Source: Mustelus asterias (lineage: Eukaryota). From it: 64,000 nt of DNA. The position numbers and the translations under genes were made by a program. The stretch covers positions 62,001 through 126,000 of the forward strand of contig NW_027590699.1 in NCBI RefSeq assembly GCF_964213995.1, in the 5' to 3' direction. The notes beneath the pieces are model-generated. The model had not been told where the DNA came from, did no database searches, and worked only from the letters and a program-made list of their open reading frames with translations. Below are positions 38,501-51,328 of this stretch, piece by piece; the first letter of the stretch is position 1; each line of letters starts with the position of its first letter.

Positions 38501-39524
38501 CAATTGGTATTGAATCTAAAATGCTGCCAGCTCCTGTGCTGAGAAAAGTGAAATGTTCTAATTACTGAGTGAAAGTGAACCTGAAAGTGAATCACAATTT
38601 ACTTGTACAATTGGAAAAGGTGCGAAAATGTTTGATTCCCTGAAAATCAACTTCAGCTTTGAAGTTTTGTCTCGAAACTCACAAGCTGTGAGAGGGTCCA
38701 CCCTCTTTAACTCTTTCGTCTAAGAAGGTTGAAGAGGTACCTTTTTTGGTTTATTTTTTCTTGAGTTATACCAGTTATTTGGAAAGACACTTGAAGAAAA
38801 ACAAAAAAAACATTTGGGCAAAATAAGATCGAAATGGTGATAGGTTCATTTTTGACCTGAGAATCAAATTGACACAATTGTGCATACTTGTGAGCATTTG
38901 CTTCACCCTTTTACGATCAGGCAGCACGGTGACAATTTAATCCAAAGATTCTGTTTTTGAAGATTTTATTTCATCTGATTTGTTGTCATTTAAGACAGAA
39001 TTCCTGGGAACGGGAGATTTGAGTGTTCCCCCCCCCCCCCAAACTGATACATCTGTCTCTGATCTCAATTACACCATTGTGTGAGAGTCTAACTGGACAG
39101 TAAAGTTTCCGCAGTCTCCTGAAACAGACAGAATGGGAAGCCCCATTTGGAATCAAAGATGGAAAAAATTCACACCAGCGATTGGGATTTGGAATAATTC
39201 ACTCTGGGACTCGTTCAATGGAACAGACGAACTGGATATCCACGTACATTCTAGTGAAGTTAGGAAAGTGGAGATGAGACAAGTAATAGTTTTCCCTTGG
39301 AGATGTTTGTATTCTTGCTTGTGAACTTAAAATCAAAACTGAATCTGATAATCTGGCCACTACCTGAAGGAAGAAACTATTGGAACCAAAGAGAGAGATA
39401 AGCAAACATCTTCATAGAGAGACCACCTTAATATCACTTGAAAATTTGAGTGACTGTCTTAGACAGCACATGGACCCATTATTTTGGGATACCGGTGTGA
39501 GTGTGCAGATGTGATATGTTTCTC

Positions 39525-40510
39525 GGACCGGGGACACAGATTCAAGATAAGTGGCAGTAGGTGTAGAGGGGACATGAGAAAAAACTTTTTTATGCAGAGG
39601 GTGGTGGGTGACTGGAATTTTCTGCCTGAGGTGGTGGTGGAGGCAGAGACCCTAAACTCTTTTAAAATGTACCTGGATCTACACCTTAAGTGCTGCCAGC
39701 TACTGAGCTATTGGCCGGGTGCAGGAGGTGGGATTAGAAAGGGCAACGGGGTGTCCTCGGGCTGGCATGGACAAGATGGGCCAAATGACCTCCTTTTGTG
39801 CTATAACTTTTCTATGGTTCTATGTGGTGTAACTAACTCTGCCATTCGATCATGGCTGATATGCTCCTCATCCCCATTTTCCTGCCTTCTCCCCATAATC
39901 CTTCATCCCATAACCAATTAAAAATCTGTCTAACTCCTTAAATTTACTCACTATCCCAGCATCCACTACACTTCGGGGTAGCGAATTCCACAGATTCACA
40001 ATCCTTCGGGAGAAGTAGTTTCTCCTCATCCTTATCCTGAGACTATGATTTCTCATCCTAGAATGCCCCACAAGAGGAAGCATCCACTCCATGTCAACTT
40101 TATCCATACCTTTTATCATCTTGTAAACCTCAATTTGATCTCGCCTCATTCTTCTAAATTCCAGAGAGTATAAGCCTAAACTGTTCAATCTCTCTTCATA
40201 CAACAAACCCCTCATCTCTGGAATCAATCTGGTGAACCTCCTCTGAACTGCCTCCAATGCAACAACATCTTTCCTCAAATAAGGAGGCCAAAACTGTGCA
40301 CAATACTCCAGGTGCGGCCTCACCAATGCCTTGTACAGTTGCAACAATACTTCCTTACATTTATAATCTATTCATTTAACTATAAATGCCAACATTCTAA
40401 TTTGCTTTCTTTATTATCTGTTGTACCTGCATGCTAGTTTTCTGTGACTCATGAGGACACCCAGATCCCTCTGCACCGGAGCATCCCTGAGTCTCTCACC
40501 ATTTAGATAA
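39525..40510. mobile_element. Two CR1 3' fragments tail-to-tail (plus ~39525-39825, minus ~39835-40510)
   Basis: ORFs 39484..39921 and 39868..40347 encode CR1 ORF2 C-termini. Confidence 0.85.
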
Positions 40511-40918
40511 TAAGTTGCAAGGGAGAAGATGGAATAGAATCTGGAGAAAGGTGAGAGTTCAGAGCTCAGAAAAAGAGTCTGGTCCGGCTGGTATAGTGGA
40601 AGGGAGGGAAGCAGCAGAGGCAGCTGATCAGGTTGTCTCAATCTTACAAAGAAGCTCCATGAGCTCCTCACACTTGTTAGAGGTGAGGATGGAGGAGACA
40701 GGGGAGAGGGAGAGATTTTTAAAAGGAGCTAACTCGTGTTAGAGATATTAAAAAGACTCGACACACTGCGTGTTTAACACAAAGCTGATTTATGTGACTT
40801 TTATCCAGAACATTATCCCCTGTAACTGGGCTGGCATTTATAAATACCAGCAGAAACAGACTCCAATGAGCATTGCTCAGTGCTGGATGTGATTATCTAC
40901 ACAATCCAATCACTGTAA

Positions 40919-41620
40919 TTACTTGTGAACTCGCTGGTGTCTCAGCAGGTTGCCTGAGTGAATGAATCCCTTCCCACACTTGGAGCAGGTGAATGGTCTC
41001 TCCCCAGTGTGAACTCGCTGGTGTACAGTGAGTTGAGATGATCGTCTGAACCCAGTCCCACAGTAAGAGCACCTGAATGGCTTCTCGTTAGTGTGAACAT
41101 GTTGGTGGGACACCAGTTCCCCAGAACTTTTAAAGCATTTCCCACAGCCTGGGCATTGAAAAGGTCTCTCATCCGTGTGAACTCTTTGATGCGACACTTG
41201 TTCCCGAGAACTCTTAAAGCACTTCCCACATTTTCTGCATTTAAAAGGTCTCTCATCAGTGTGAATCTGCTGGTGTTTCAGCAGGTGGGTTGACTGAATG
41301 AATCCTTTCCCACACTCGGAACAGGTGAAAGGCCTCTCCCCGGTGTGAACCCGCTGGTGCAGGAGCAGGCTGTATGACTGAGTGAAGCCTAGCCCACACT
41401 CGAGGCAGATGAACGGTCTTTCCCCAGTGTGACTGCGTCGATGCGTTGCCAGTTCAGACGGGTAATTAAACGCCTTCCCACAGTCCCCACATTTCCATGG
41501 TTTCTCCTTGCTGTGACTGCGAATGTGTTTCGCCAGGCCAGATGATCGACTGAAACCTCGTTCACACACACAACACGTGTACAGTTTCTCCCCACTGTAA
41601 ATAGAGTTTTTTCCTTCCAT
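40919..41620 (-). CDS. C2H2 zinc-finger protein, 8 fingers
   Basis: First ATG at 41620, 8 intact fingers, acceptor-like TTTCACAG at ~41730. Confidence 0.82.
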   Translation of the reverse strand: MEGKNSIYSGEKLYTCCVCERGFSRSSGLAKHIRSHSKEKPWKCGDCGKAFNYPSELATHRRSHTGERPFICLECGLGFTQSYSLLLHQRVHTGERPFTCSECGKGFIQSTHLLKHQQIHTDERPFKCRKCGKCFKSSREQVSHQRVHTDERPFQCPGCGKCFKSSGELVSHQHVHTNEKPFRCSYCGTGFRRSSQLTVHQRVHTGERPFTCSKCGKGFIHSGNLLRHQRVHK

Positions 41621-43461
41621 CTTCAAAATCCAATAATATTCAGGTTATGATAAACTCCACAACTCTGTCAGATTTTGATGTGATGCTTGGGTGGAATTTC
41701 CCAACTGCAAATACTCCTCTTCTAATTGCCTGTGAAATTGATTTAAAACGGAAAAAAGAGAGTGAGAAAGAGCCCACAAAAACACAAAGGCAGATTGTGA
41801 AATTGAGCTGAATGAATCTGGTAATTTGTGGGGCCGGCACAAGGAAAAAGTGACCATGAAAATTGCTGAATTGTCATAAAAACCAACTGGTTTACGCATG
41901 GCCGTACCTGGGGTTAGAGAAAATGGGCAGGGTTTTTGCTCGCTCTCTGCGCTGTGTTTTGTGGAGATGGGAGGCCGCAGGCCGCCTGCTGGTGACAGGA
42001 TCTTATGATCTCACCGTTGTCAATGGGGCTTCCTGTTGAACACACCCCTCACTCTGGGAGACCCGCAGCAGGGGTGCACTGTCGGCGGAACCGTAAGATC
42101 CTGCCGGTGAGAACAGCAGCAAGATTTCGACGAATGTTTCATGATGTACATAATGATTTCCAGGAGTAAAAACAGTGCAGAATTTGATGGTCAATGTAAG
42201 ATTAGAAGTGGAAGAGAAATGGACAAGAACACAGAAATAAACCATTCCTGACTGAAAAATACTGTGGGTTAGGTTGATCGGCCATGGTAAATTGTCCCGT
42301 AGTGTCAGGGGATTAGCAGGGTAAATACATCGGATTACAGGGATAGGGCTTGGTTGGGATTGTTGTCGATGCAAGCTCAACAGGCCAAATGGCCTCCTGC
42401 ACTGTAGAGATTCTATGATTCTAAGATAAAGCTACTAAACCAGCAGCATAACTAAAATACAACCATTATTAGAGGCAGAGGAAGTTAGACAATGACAGAG
42501 AGGTGATCAGGGAGGGCAGAGGTGAAACAGAGCAATGAATGGACATGGAATCAGATCCACAGTAGTCAGAACAGCCCCAGAGAGGTGGAACCAGAGTACA
42601 GATAACAGAGCACATCATTTAAAACTCTAAATTGTGGGTGAATGGTCACAAACACTCACCTCTGAAACAATTTAACTGATTTCAATATTAAAATCTCCTG
42701 CTAGAGCCTGCAGCTGGAAAGATATCAGAAGCATTGGCATCAGAGAAAAATCTCCCATTTGAAGAAATCCCCGGGGAGCGGGGGTGATGTCACTGTGCAA
42801 TTGTAAGTGTGTGATGAGATCACAGACAGGAACACAGAACATCTGGGTCTGTGCAAACCAGTGATCACCACACATTATGGAGGATGTGAGGCTCCTTGAC
42901 AGGGTGCAGAGGAGATTTATCAAAATGGTTCCAGAGATGAGGAATTATAGTTACAATGTTAGGCTGGATAACTTGGGGTTGTTCTCCTTGGAGCAAAGTA
43001 GATTGATAGAGGTGTACAAGGGTACATGGAGGTGTCAAAGTTTACATGCTCTGTTTACACGTGTACAAGCTCTGACTATGGGTCATCCAGTCTCAAAACA
43101 TTGGTTCTATTCTCTCTCCACAGATGCTGTCAGATCTGCTGAGATTTTCCAGCATTTATTGTTTTTACTTTCCCTTTCTTTTTCCTTCTCTGTCACCGCT
43201 CTGCCTCATCAATAAGACATTGGGACTCAGAGGGTTGATGCAGTTTAATGGACATGTTCGCTTCTCGGCCTTTTGGCTAAGATCAAGTGTAGTATTGACA
43301 TGCTGTGCTTGGTTGAAGTCATGAGGTTACATTTTAGCTGCATTTGAAGCAATTTTTAAAAGCGGCATCTCGGCCTTTTGGCTAAGATGCAAATGAGATC
43401 AAGCCTTGGAGGAGGAGCTATGCCTACTCCAATCAGCTTGGATCAGGTAGATCAAGCCCAA

Positions 43462-43890
43462 TAAGAAGTTTAACAACACCAAGTTAAAGTCCAACAGGTT
43501 TATTTGGTAGCAAATGCCACGAGCTTTCGGAGTGCTGCCCCCTCGTCAGGTGGAGTGGAGATCTGCTTACAAACAGGGCATGATGTGGACATGCCGGCGT
43601 TGGACTGGGGTAAGCACAGTAAGAAGTCTCACAACACCAGGTTAAAGTCCAACAGGTTTATAAACCAGTTGGACTTTAACCTGGTGTTGTGAGACTTCTT
43701 ACAAACAGGGCATACAGAGACATAAACTCAATTTACAGAATAATGATTGGAATGCGAATCCTTACAGGTAATCAAGTCTTAAAGGTACAAACAACGTGAG
43801 TGGAGAGAGCGTTATCACAGGTTAAACAGACGTGAATTGTCTCCAGACAGGACAGCCAGTGAGATTCTGCAAGTCCAGGCAAGCTGTGGG
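43462..43890 (-). mobile_element. PLE 3' end with hammerhead motif (43517-43553), containing a nested fold-back mini-PLE
   Basis: Homologous to 12875-13170. The nested insert 43581-43697 has TSD CTTACAAACAGGGCA. Confidence 0.78.
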
Positions 43891-43891
43891 T

Positions 43892-45712
43892 TTAGAACAT
43901 AGAACATAGAACATAGAACATAGAAAGCCACAGCACAAACAGGCCCTTCGGCCCACAAGTTGCGCCGATCACATCCCCACCTCTAGGCCTATCTATAGCC
44001 CTCAATCCCATTAAATCCCATGTACTCATCCAGAAGTCTCTTAAAAGACCCCAACGAGTTTGCCTCCACCACCACCGACGTCAGCCGATTCCACTCACCC
44101 ACCACCCTCTGAGTGAAAAACTTACCCCTGACATCCCCCCTGTACCTACCCCCCAGCACCTTAAACCTGTGTCCTTTCGTAGCAACCATTTCAGCCCTTG
44201 GAAATAGCCTCTGAGAGTCCACCCTATCCAGACCCCTCAACATCTTGTAAACCTCTATCAGGTCACCTCTCATCCTTCGTCTCTCCAGGGAGAAGAGACC
44301 AAGCTCCCTCAACCTATCCTCATAAGGCATGCCCCCCAATCCAGGCAACATCCTTGTAAATCTCCTCTGCACCCTTTCAATGGCTTCAACATCTTTCCTG
44401 TAATGAGGTGACCAGAACTGCGCGCAGTACTCCAAGTGGGGTCTAACCAGGGTCCTATAAAGCTGCAGCATTATCTCCCGACTCCTAAACTCAATCCCTC
44501 GATTAATGAAGGCTAGTACGCCATACGCCTTCTTGACCGCATCCTCCACCTGCGAGGCCGATTTAAGAGTCCTATGGACCCGGACCCCAAGGTCCTTCTG
44601 ATCCTCTACACTGCTAAGAATGGTACCCTTCATTTTATACTGCTGCTCCATCCCATTGGATCTGCCAAAATGGATCACTACACACTTATCCGGGTTGAAG
44701 TCCATCTGCCACTTCTCCGCCCAGTCTTGCATTCTATCTATGTCTCGCTGCAACTTCTGACATCCCTCCAAACTATCCACAACACCACCTACCTTGGTGT
44801 CGTCAGCAAACTTACCAACCCATCCCTCCACTTCCTCATCCAGGTCATTTATGAAAATGACAAACAGCAAGGGTCCCAGAACAGATCCCTGGGGCACTCC
44901 ACTGGTCACTGACCTCCATGCAGAGAAAGACCCCTCCACAGCCACCCTCTGCCTTCTGCAGGCAAGCCAGTTCTGGATCCACAAGGCAACAGCCCCTTGG
45001 ATCCCATGCCCTCTCACTTTCTCAAGAAGTCTTGCATGGGGGACCTTATCGAACGCTTTGCTGAAGTCCATATAGACCACATCCACCGCTCTTCCTTCGT
45101 CAATGTGCTTGGTCACATTTTCAAAGAACTCAACCAGGCTCGTAAGGCACGACCTGCCCCTGACAAAGCCGTGCTGACTACTTTTGATCATACTAAACTT
45201 CTCTAGATGATCATAAATCCTGTCTCTCAGGATCCTCTCCATCAACTTACCAACCACTGAGGTTAGACTCACCGGTCGGTAATTTCCCGGGCTGTCCCTG
45301 TTCCCTTTCTTGAATATAGGGACCACATCCGCAATCCTCCAATCCTCCGGAACCTCTCCCGTCTCCATCGACGATGCAAAGATCATCGCCAAAGGCTCCG
45401 CAATCTCCTCCCTCGCCTCCCACAGTAACCTGGGGTACATCCCATCCGGTCCCGGCGACTTACCAACCTTGATGCCATTCAATAGTTCCAACACATCCTC
45501 TTTCTTTATGTCCACATGCTCGATCCTTTCTGTCCTCCGCAATCCAGCAGTACAACCACCCAGATCCCTTTCCACCGTGAATACCGAGGTAAAGTATTCA
45601 TTAAGCAGCTCCGCCATTTCTAACGGTTCCGCACAAACTTTTCCCCCTTCACCTTTTAAGGGTCCTATGCCTTCACATCTCATCCTTTTACTCTTGACAT
45701 ATTTGTAGAAAG
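43892..45712 (-). mobile_element. Young 5'-truncated CR1 LINE with an uninterrupted 564-aa RT ORF
   Basis: ORF 43989..45683 and a (TTCTATG)n tail at 43892-43925. Confidence 0.95.
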
Positions 45713-45879
45713 CAGACAGATCAAGCCCAAGACAGGAGGTGAGAGCCCTGTCTTGTCAGCTTGGATCGGGAATGTCTCAACTTGTTGAGACTCTGAATTG
45801 GACTTAATTTGATTGAATTGGAATAGAAACAAAAAAAATGGACAAGCTGTCTCCATTCTGAACTGGGGGAACAAGCTCC

Positions 45880-46315
45880 TCCCACTGATTGACAACATTG
45901 CCCTCGACAAACATGGCGGCCGCACGTGCGCACTGCTGCATATTGCCCCCAATAAAGATGGCGAACGTTAACCCGGGACGAACATGAGGAGCTGCAGCCC
46001 TGCTCGGTACAAACTGGGTCCGGGAAGCTCTCTTCCGCGGTTTGCGGCTTACACAACATATTTACGTAGCGTTTCCACCCACCTGGACGATCCATTGCTC
46101 TCTCCGTACCTCCAATCACCTCGAACAGATTTCCGAGCCCAAAACAAAAGCAGCTGTCCATCGCCATTACTCTGTGCGCATGCGCCGATCAAAGCTGGCC
46201 CCGCCCCTCATTCGCTCCTATTGGTTGGAGGACCGGCCGCTCCAGATCGGTCCTCCAGCACTGCCCCCTCTTCCCATTGGTCCGCGCTGCCGTCAATCAG
46301 CTGGGCATTGTGACG
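45880..46315. promoter_or_regulatory. CpG-island promoter cassette (mirror of 20010-20430)
   Basis: TGCGCATGCGC, CCCCGCCCC, ATTGG boxes, CCGTCAATCA. Confidence 0.6.
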
Positions 46316-46356
46316 GTAACTTGCTGCTTGTCCAATAACAAGTGACAGAGTCTCAG

Positions 46357-46620
46357 TGTAACAATGACACACACAGACTCCAATACAATCAGAGTGGGGA
46401 TGGAGCACAGAGACCACACAGCAAAGCACTGACTTACTCTGAGTGTAACAATGACACACACAGGCTCCAATACAATCAGAGTGGGGATGGAGCACAGAGA
46501 CAACACAGCAAAGCACTGACTTACTCTGTGTAACAATGACACACACAGGCTCCAATACAATCAGAGTGGGGATGGAGCACAGAGACAACACAGCAAAGCA
46601 CTGACTTACTCTGAATGTAA
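46357..46620. repeat. 85-87-bp tandem repeat, 3 units
   Basis: Units start at 46357, 46444 and 46529. Mirror of 19779-19960. Confidence 0.9.
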
Positions 46621-49600
46621 CAAATACAATGTTTGTTCAAATAATAAGTCACGTTGCAGTATGTTAGTGAACACAGCATTTGATCCAATGTAATGGTAAT
46701 ACAGTCAGTATCTAGTGCACCATAACCAAAGTTTAGGCTTTATTTGATGGTGTGAGTGAGTCATGGTCTATTGATATAATGTATTTAGATTCCAGTGTGT
46801 GTTACTCTGCCACTGTCAGTATCAGACAATAACCTGTCTGTTATTCCAATTCTGCTGTATTTTACAACTGCAGCTCCTGGGGCTGATTGGAGTCTGGTAT
46901 AATAATCACAAAGGTCGGTTTCAGTGTCTCTGAGGTCATTTAACTGCAGGTAATCTGACATTAAGGGAGACAAGAGGCCCAACAAACATTTGATTACAAT
47001 AGGAGAACAAGGTGTAAGGGAGCAATGATATTTTAAGGTGTCTGTGTTATGGTGAGTGATAAAATCGAAGTGGAAACATCATGACAGATACATGTGACTG
47101 ACTCGGCCTGACTGAGAGCTGTTATACTCGAGGCGAGACTAATGAGGACATGGGGAACTCCAGGGATTTCTGATATCTGAGGTGTGTCTGTTAGAGGAAC
47201 TAAAAATAATCAGTTCCTTCTCATGGTTATCTGCAGTTCTCAAGTTACACAGACACACAGGAAACAGGTCTGATAGCTCATCAAACCCAACGTTTTAATA
47301 TTCAGTTTGAGACACATTGTGACTGAAAAGATCAAATATTAAAACCTTAGGGGAGAAACATTCAGAATGTCACAAAGATGAGTGAACTGTCCAATTAATC
47401 CCATTCACCATAACTCTGCCAATTTACCTTCTGCAAGTATTTATCCAATTCCCTTTGAAAGTTAATATTAAACCTGCTTCTAGCACCTGTCAGTTTGTGC
47501 ATTCCAGATCATATCAAGTTATTGTGTAAAAAATTCTCCTTATCACCCCTTCCAGTTCCGTTGTTAATTATATTAAATCTCTGTGTCCTCTGCTTACAGA
47601 CCCTCCTGCACCTGGGAAATAGATTCTCTCCATCGACAGACTTCCTGCTCCTGGGAAATAGTGTCAATGGAGAGAAACTATCATAAATCATTTGTCATTT
47701 TAAACATCTCTATTAAATCACCCCATCACATTCCCTAATCTAAGATGGAAAGCCCATGTTTTTCCTGCCCTCAAGAATTATATGGACTCAAAATGTTAAC
47801 TGTTTCTCTCTGAACAGATGCCGCCGGACCTGCCGGGTTTTTCTGCTTTTCTCCCTGCTTTTCCTTCGAAAATCAATCAGAAACTCTTCATGATTTTGAA
47901 CATCTTGATTAAATAGGAACACACAGAGCCTGAGAAAGATACAGAGGGGGAGAGAGAGACGGAAAGACTGAGAGAAAAATTGAGGAAGAATTTAAAAAGC
48001 AGAAAGATGAGGTGGTCAAAAATAAAAGTTGAGAAACAGAAGAAACAAGCAATACAGAGAGAACAATCTAGAATAAAAGGGAGCAGGCTATCAGTTCCCA
48101 GCTGTGGGGAGCAGAGGGAACTCAGTAACTGATCCACAGACACAGCTGGTTATATCTGCGAATGGAAACTCTGAACAGAAATAACAGGCTCATTTGTAAA
48201 TGTCACCACAATGTGATCTGTGTGACTCTGCCCTGACTCTGTGGACAGATATAGGTCACATTGACAGATGTTCTCACCAGATTGTGGTCCCTGGATTTAT
48301 TTTCTGCTCAGAAGTGAGATGTGAGGTTTGGAACCGGCAGCAGAGAAACAGGAAGTTGTGTTACCTGAGAATGAAACAGCCGGTGTCAGTTTGATGTTAT
48401 CACCGTGAACAGTCTTCCTTCCTGTGAGGCTGAACTCACTCTGACAGCATCAAGAACAACCACACAGATTGCTGCCAGTCTCAGCATTACATTCACCTCC
48501 ATTCCCATTTTAAACAATAAAGAAAGGAGATTATTTGGACTTTTAACACATTCACTGAATTGGGAGATGGACTGAGGGTCATCACTGGGAGAAGTGAGGA
48601 GGAATTAGAGAACAAATGAGTTTTCCCAAAGAGGGTTATTAGAAAAGAGGAGATTTAAAGTGAGTCAGGGCCTGTCAGAGGAAGTGGGAGAGAGAAACAG
48701 AGAGGATTGAATCTCCATCAATTAAATGTTTTCTCAGACAGCGAAGAGAGATGAAGTTTGTTTGTGCTTTTTCAGAGAGAGGTAATGAGAGAGAGAAAAG
48801 AATGAATAAGTTTGAGCAGATCTGAAATAGGAAGGTTAAATGAGTGAGTGTTTGAAAGAAAGATAGAGAGACATTAAGTGATGAACACAGTATCTGAGAG
48901 GAGAGAGGTTAAGTAAATGTGAGAGAGGAACGAGGTTAGAATGTAAGAGAGATGGAAGGTGAGGTGTGAGTGAATGCCTGGAGAGAGAGAGAGAGAGAGA
49001 GAGATGTTCAGTGAGTGTGAGAGAGATGTTGAGCGATTGAGTTTCTGAGAGAGAGGAGATGTTAAGTGAATGATTGTCTAAAAGAGAGGAGAGGAGGTTC
49101 ACACCCAGGGGTCACTGAGAATGATCAAAATAAGGAGATCACCCAGAAAACTACCAACAGGAAACTTCAGCTGAACACATCACTCATTCTTAAATGATCA
49201 GTCAGGGCTCTGATGCTGCTCAGCTTCTCTCTGTTCTGTTTATAATGGTTAAAGGCTGATAGGAGTGAGGTTTATTTAAAAGGATAGTGTATGGGAAGCA
49301 CACATCAACAAAACTGAGAATTCTTGGACACACACTGCAGCTCCTTCTCTATCTGGGAATCAAATTGTTGTCTCATTGTCCCAGCAGTTAACAGGCTCCT
49401 TTGAACGTCTCCAGCTCCTCCTTTAATGCAGACTTCAACCAATTTATTTGAAGCCAGTTTCTGTTCAATAAACCAGGACTGACACACACACATTAAAATG
49501 TTTTACACTTTTTTTCATTTTTAGTCTGGAAACCTAAACCTGCCGTTTCACTCTCAGTCAGGAATAGATCCCAGTTTTACACCAATCTTTGACAGCACGT

Positions 49601-50006
49601 TTCCAGCATTCACCGTTGTTCTTCCTGACTCTAAACACAGTTGTAAAGGAGCTTCTGTTCCGGGTCTAGGAGCTCTGAACCATGGAAAAGAACGACTGGG
49701 ACACATTTCTTACACACCTCAGGATTCACCCACACGGGGACTTTGCTGTCAGTGAAAAGTGACGAAAAAGAACAAAGTGCTGTTTGTCCCTCTCAGCGAG
49801 ACCCTGAAGGACTGGGTCAAGAATGAAGTTCTGTTCCTACTGTATGATCCTCCCTCAGATTGCCCTTTCTGAGCTCCAGCCTCGTGACGTTAAACACTCA
49901 AATGGAAAAGACAAAAATCTACAACAATGATTCAATCAAATGTCTATTTCACATTTATTCAGAATATCAAACCTCAACAGAGGAAAAAAGTCAGAGAGAA
50001 CATGAT

Positions 50007-51328
50007 TCAGACCTGGATATGATTAACAGCATCGATAAGTGTAGAATCCAAACCTTGCAGTCGTTTGTGAACTTGCTGGTGTGTTAGCAGGTTAGAAATC
50101 ATAGAAATCATAGAAACCCTACAGTGCAGAAGGAGGCCATTCAGCCCATCGAGTCTGCACCGACCACAATCCCAACCAGGCCCTACCCCCACATATTTAC
50201 CCGCTAATCCCACTAACCTACGCATCTCAGGGGCAATTTTTTTAACCTGGCCAATCAACCTAACCCGCACATCTTTGGACTGTGAGAGGAAACCGGAGCA
50301 CCCGGAGGAAACCCACGCAGACACAGGGAGAACGTGCAAACTCCACACAGACAGTGACCCGAGCCGGGAATCGAACCCGGGACCCTGGAGCTGTGAAGCA
50401 GCAGTGCTAACCACTGTGCTACCGTGCTACCGTTAGATGACTGAATAAATCCCTTTCCACAGACGTTACATGTGAACGGCCTCTCCCCAGTGTGAACTCA
50501 CTGGTGGTTCAATAGGTTGGGTGAAAGAGTGAATCCCTTCCCACATACGGAGCAAGTGAATGGCCCTTCCTCACTGTGAACCTGCTGGTGTGTCAGAAGG
50601 TTGTATGAACGGGTGAATCCCTTCCCACATTCAGAGCAGGTGAACGGTCGATCCCCTGTATGGAGCTGCTGGTGTATCAGAAGGTTGGATGAATTAATGA
50701 ATCCCTTCCCAGGGATTCTGAGCAGGTGAAGGGCCTCTCCCCAGTGTGAATTCTCTGGTGGTTCAGTTGGGCAGATGGGCGGCTGAATCCCTTCCCCCAC
50801 ACACAGCAGGTGAATGGCCTCTCCCCAGTGTGAGTATATTGGTGCATTAACAGATCCTTTTTGTTTTTAAAGCCCTTCTCACAGTCAGAACAATTAAAAA
50901 GTTTGTTATCAGAGTGAACAAGTTGATGTGTCTGCAGGTGGGATGACTGAATGAATCCTTTCCCACACACAGAGCAGGTGAACGGTCTCTCCCCAGTGTG
51001 AATGCGTTGGTGTGTCAGCAGATCTTTTTTGCATTTAAAACTCTTCTCAGTCAGAACATGGAAACAGTCTCTCATCAGTGTGAACAAGTTGGTGTGTCAC
51101 AATGTGGGATGAGCGAGTGAATCCCTTCCCACACACAGGGCAGGTGAACAGCCTCTCCCCAGTGTGAACCCGTTGGTGAGTCAGAAGGTTGTATGAATGG
51201 GTGAATCCCTTCCCACAAACGGAGGAGGTGAACGGTCTCTCCCCAGTGTGACTACAGCAATGAACTTCCAGTTGTGATGGGAAACCGAATCCTTTCCCGC
51301 ACTCCACACATTTCCACGGTTTCTCCAT
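50007..51328 (-). pseudogene. ZNF-B right-arm pseudogene
   Basis: Frameshifts (~51050, ~50712), C>S and C>W changes, CGA>TGA at 50498-50500, two fingers missing, a SINE in the last finger, and the promoter deleted. Confidence 0.9.
50097..50431 (-). mobile_element. Young HE1-like SINE inside a ZNF exon
   Basis: TSD GTTAGA at 50091-50096 and 50432-50437. Confidence 0.93.

Larger units (their letters stand above)
43257..45838 (+). mobile_element. U2 snRNA-headed retroposon (candidate SINE, ~310 bp: 43257-43461 plus 45731-45838), split by nested insertions
   Basis: 43258-43295 equals U2 nt 2-39, with a second U2 nt 7-27 copy at 43368-43388. It has an A-tail at ~45826-45838 and TSD AATGGACA (43247-43254, 45837-45844). 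The empty site is at 20467-20476. Confidence 0.8.

Noticed and set aside
43258-43295. Functional U2 snRNA gene
   Set aside because: Only nt 2-39 are present, with no Sm site or 3' stem-loops, and the sequence is embedded in a TSD-flanked retroposed unit.
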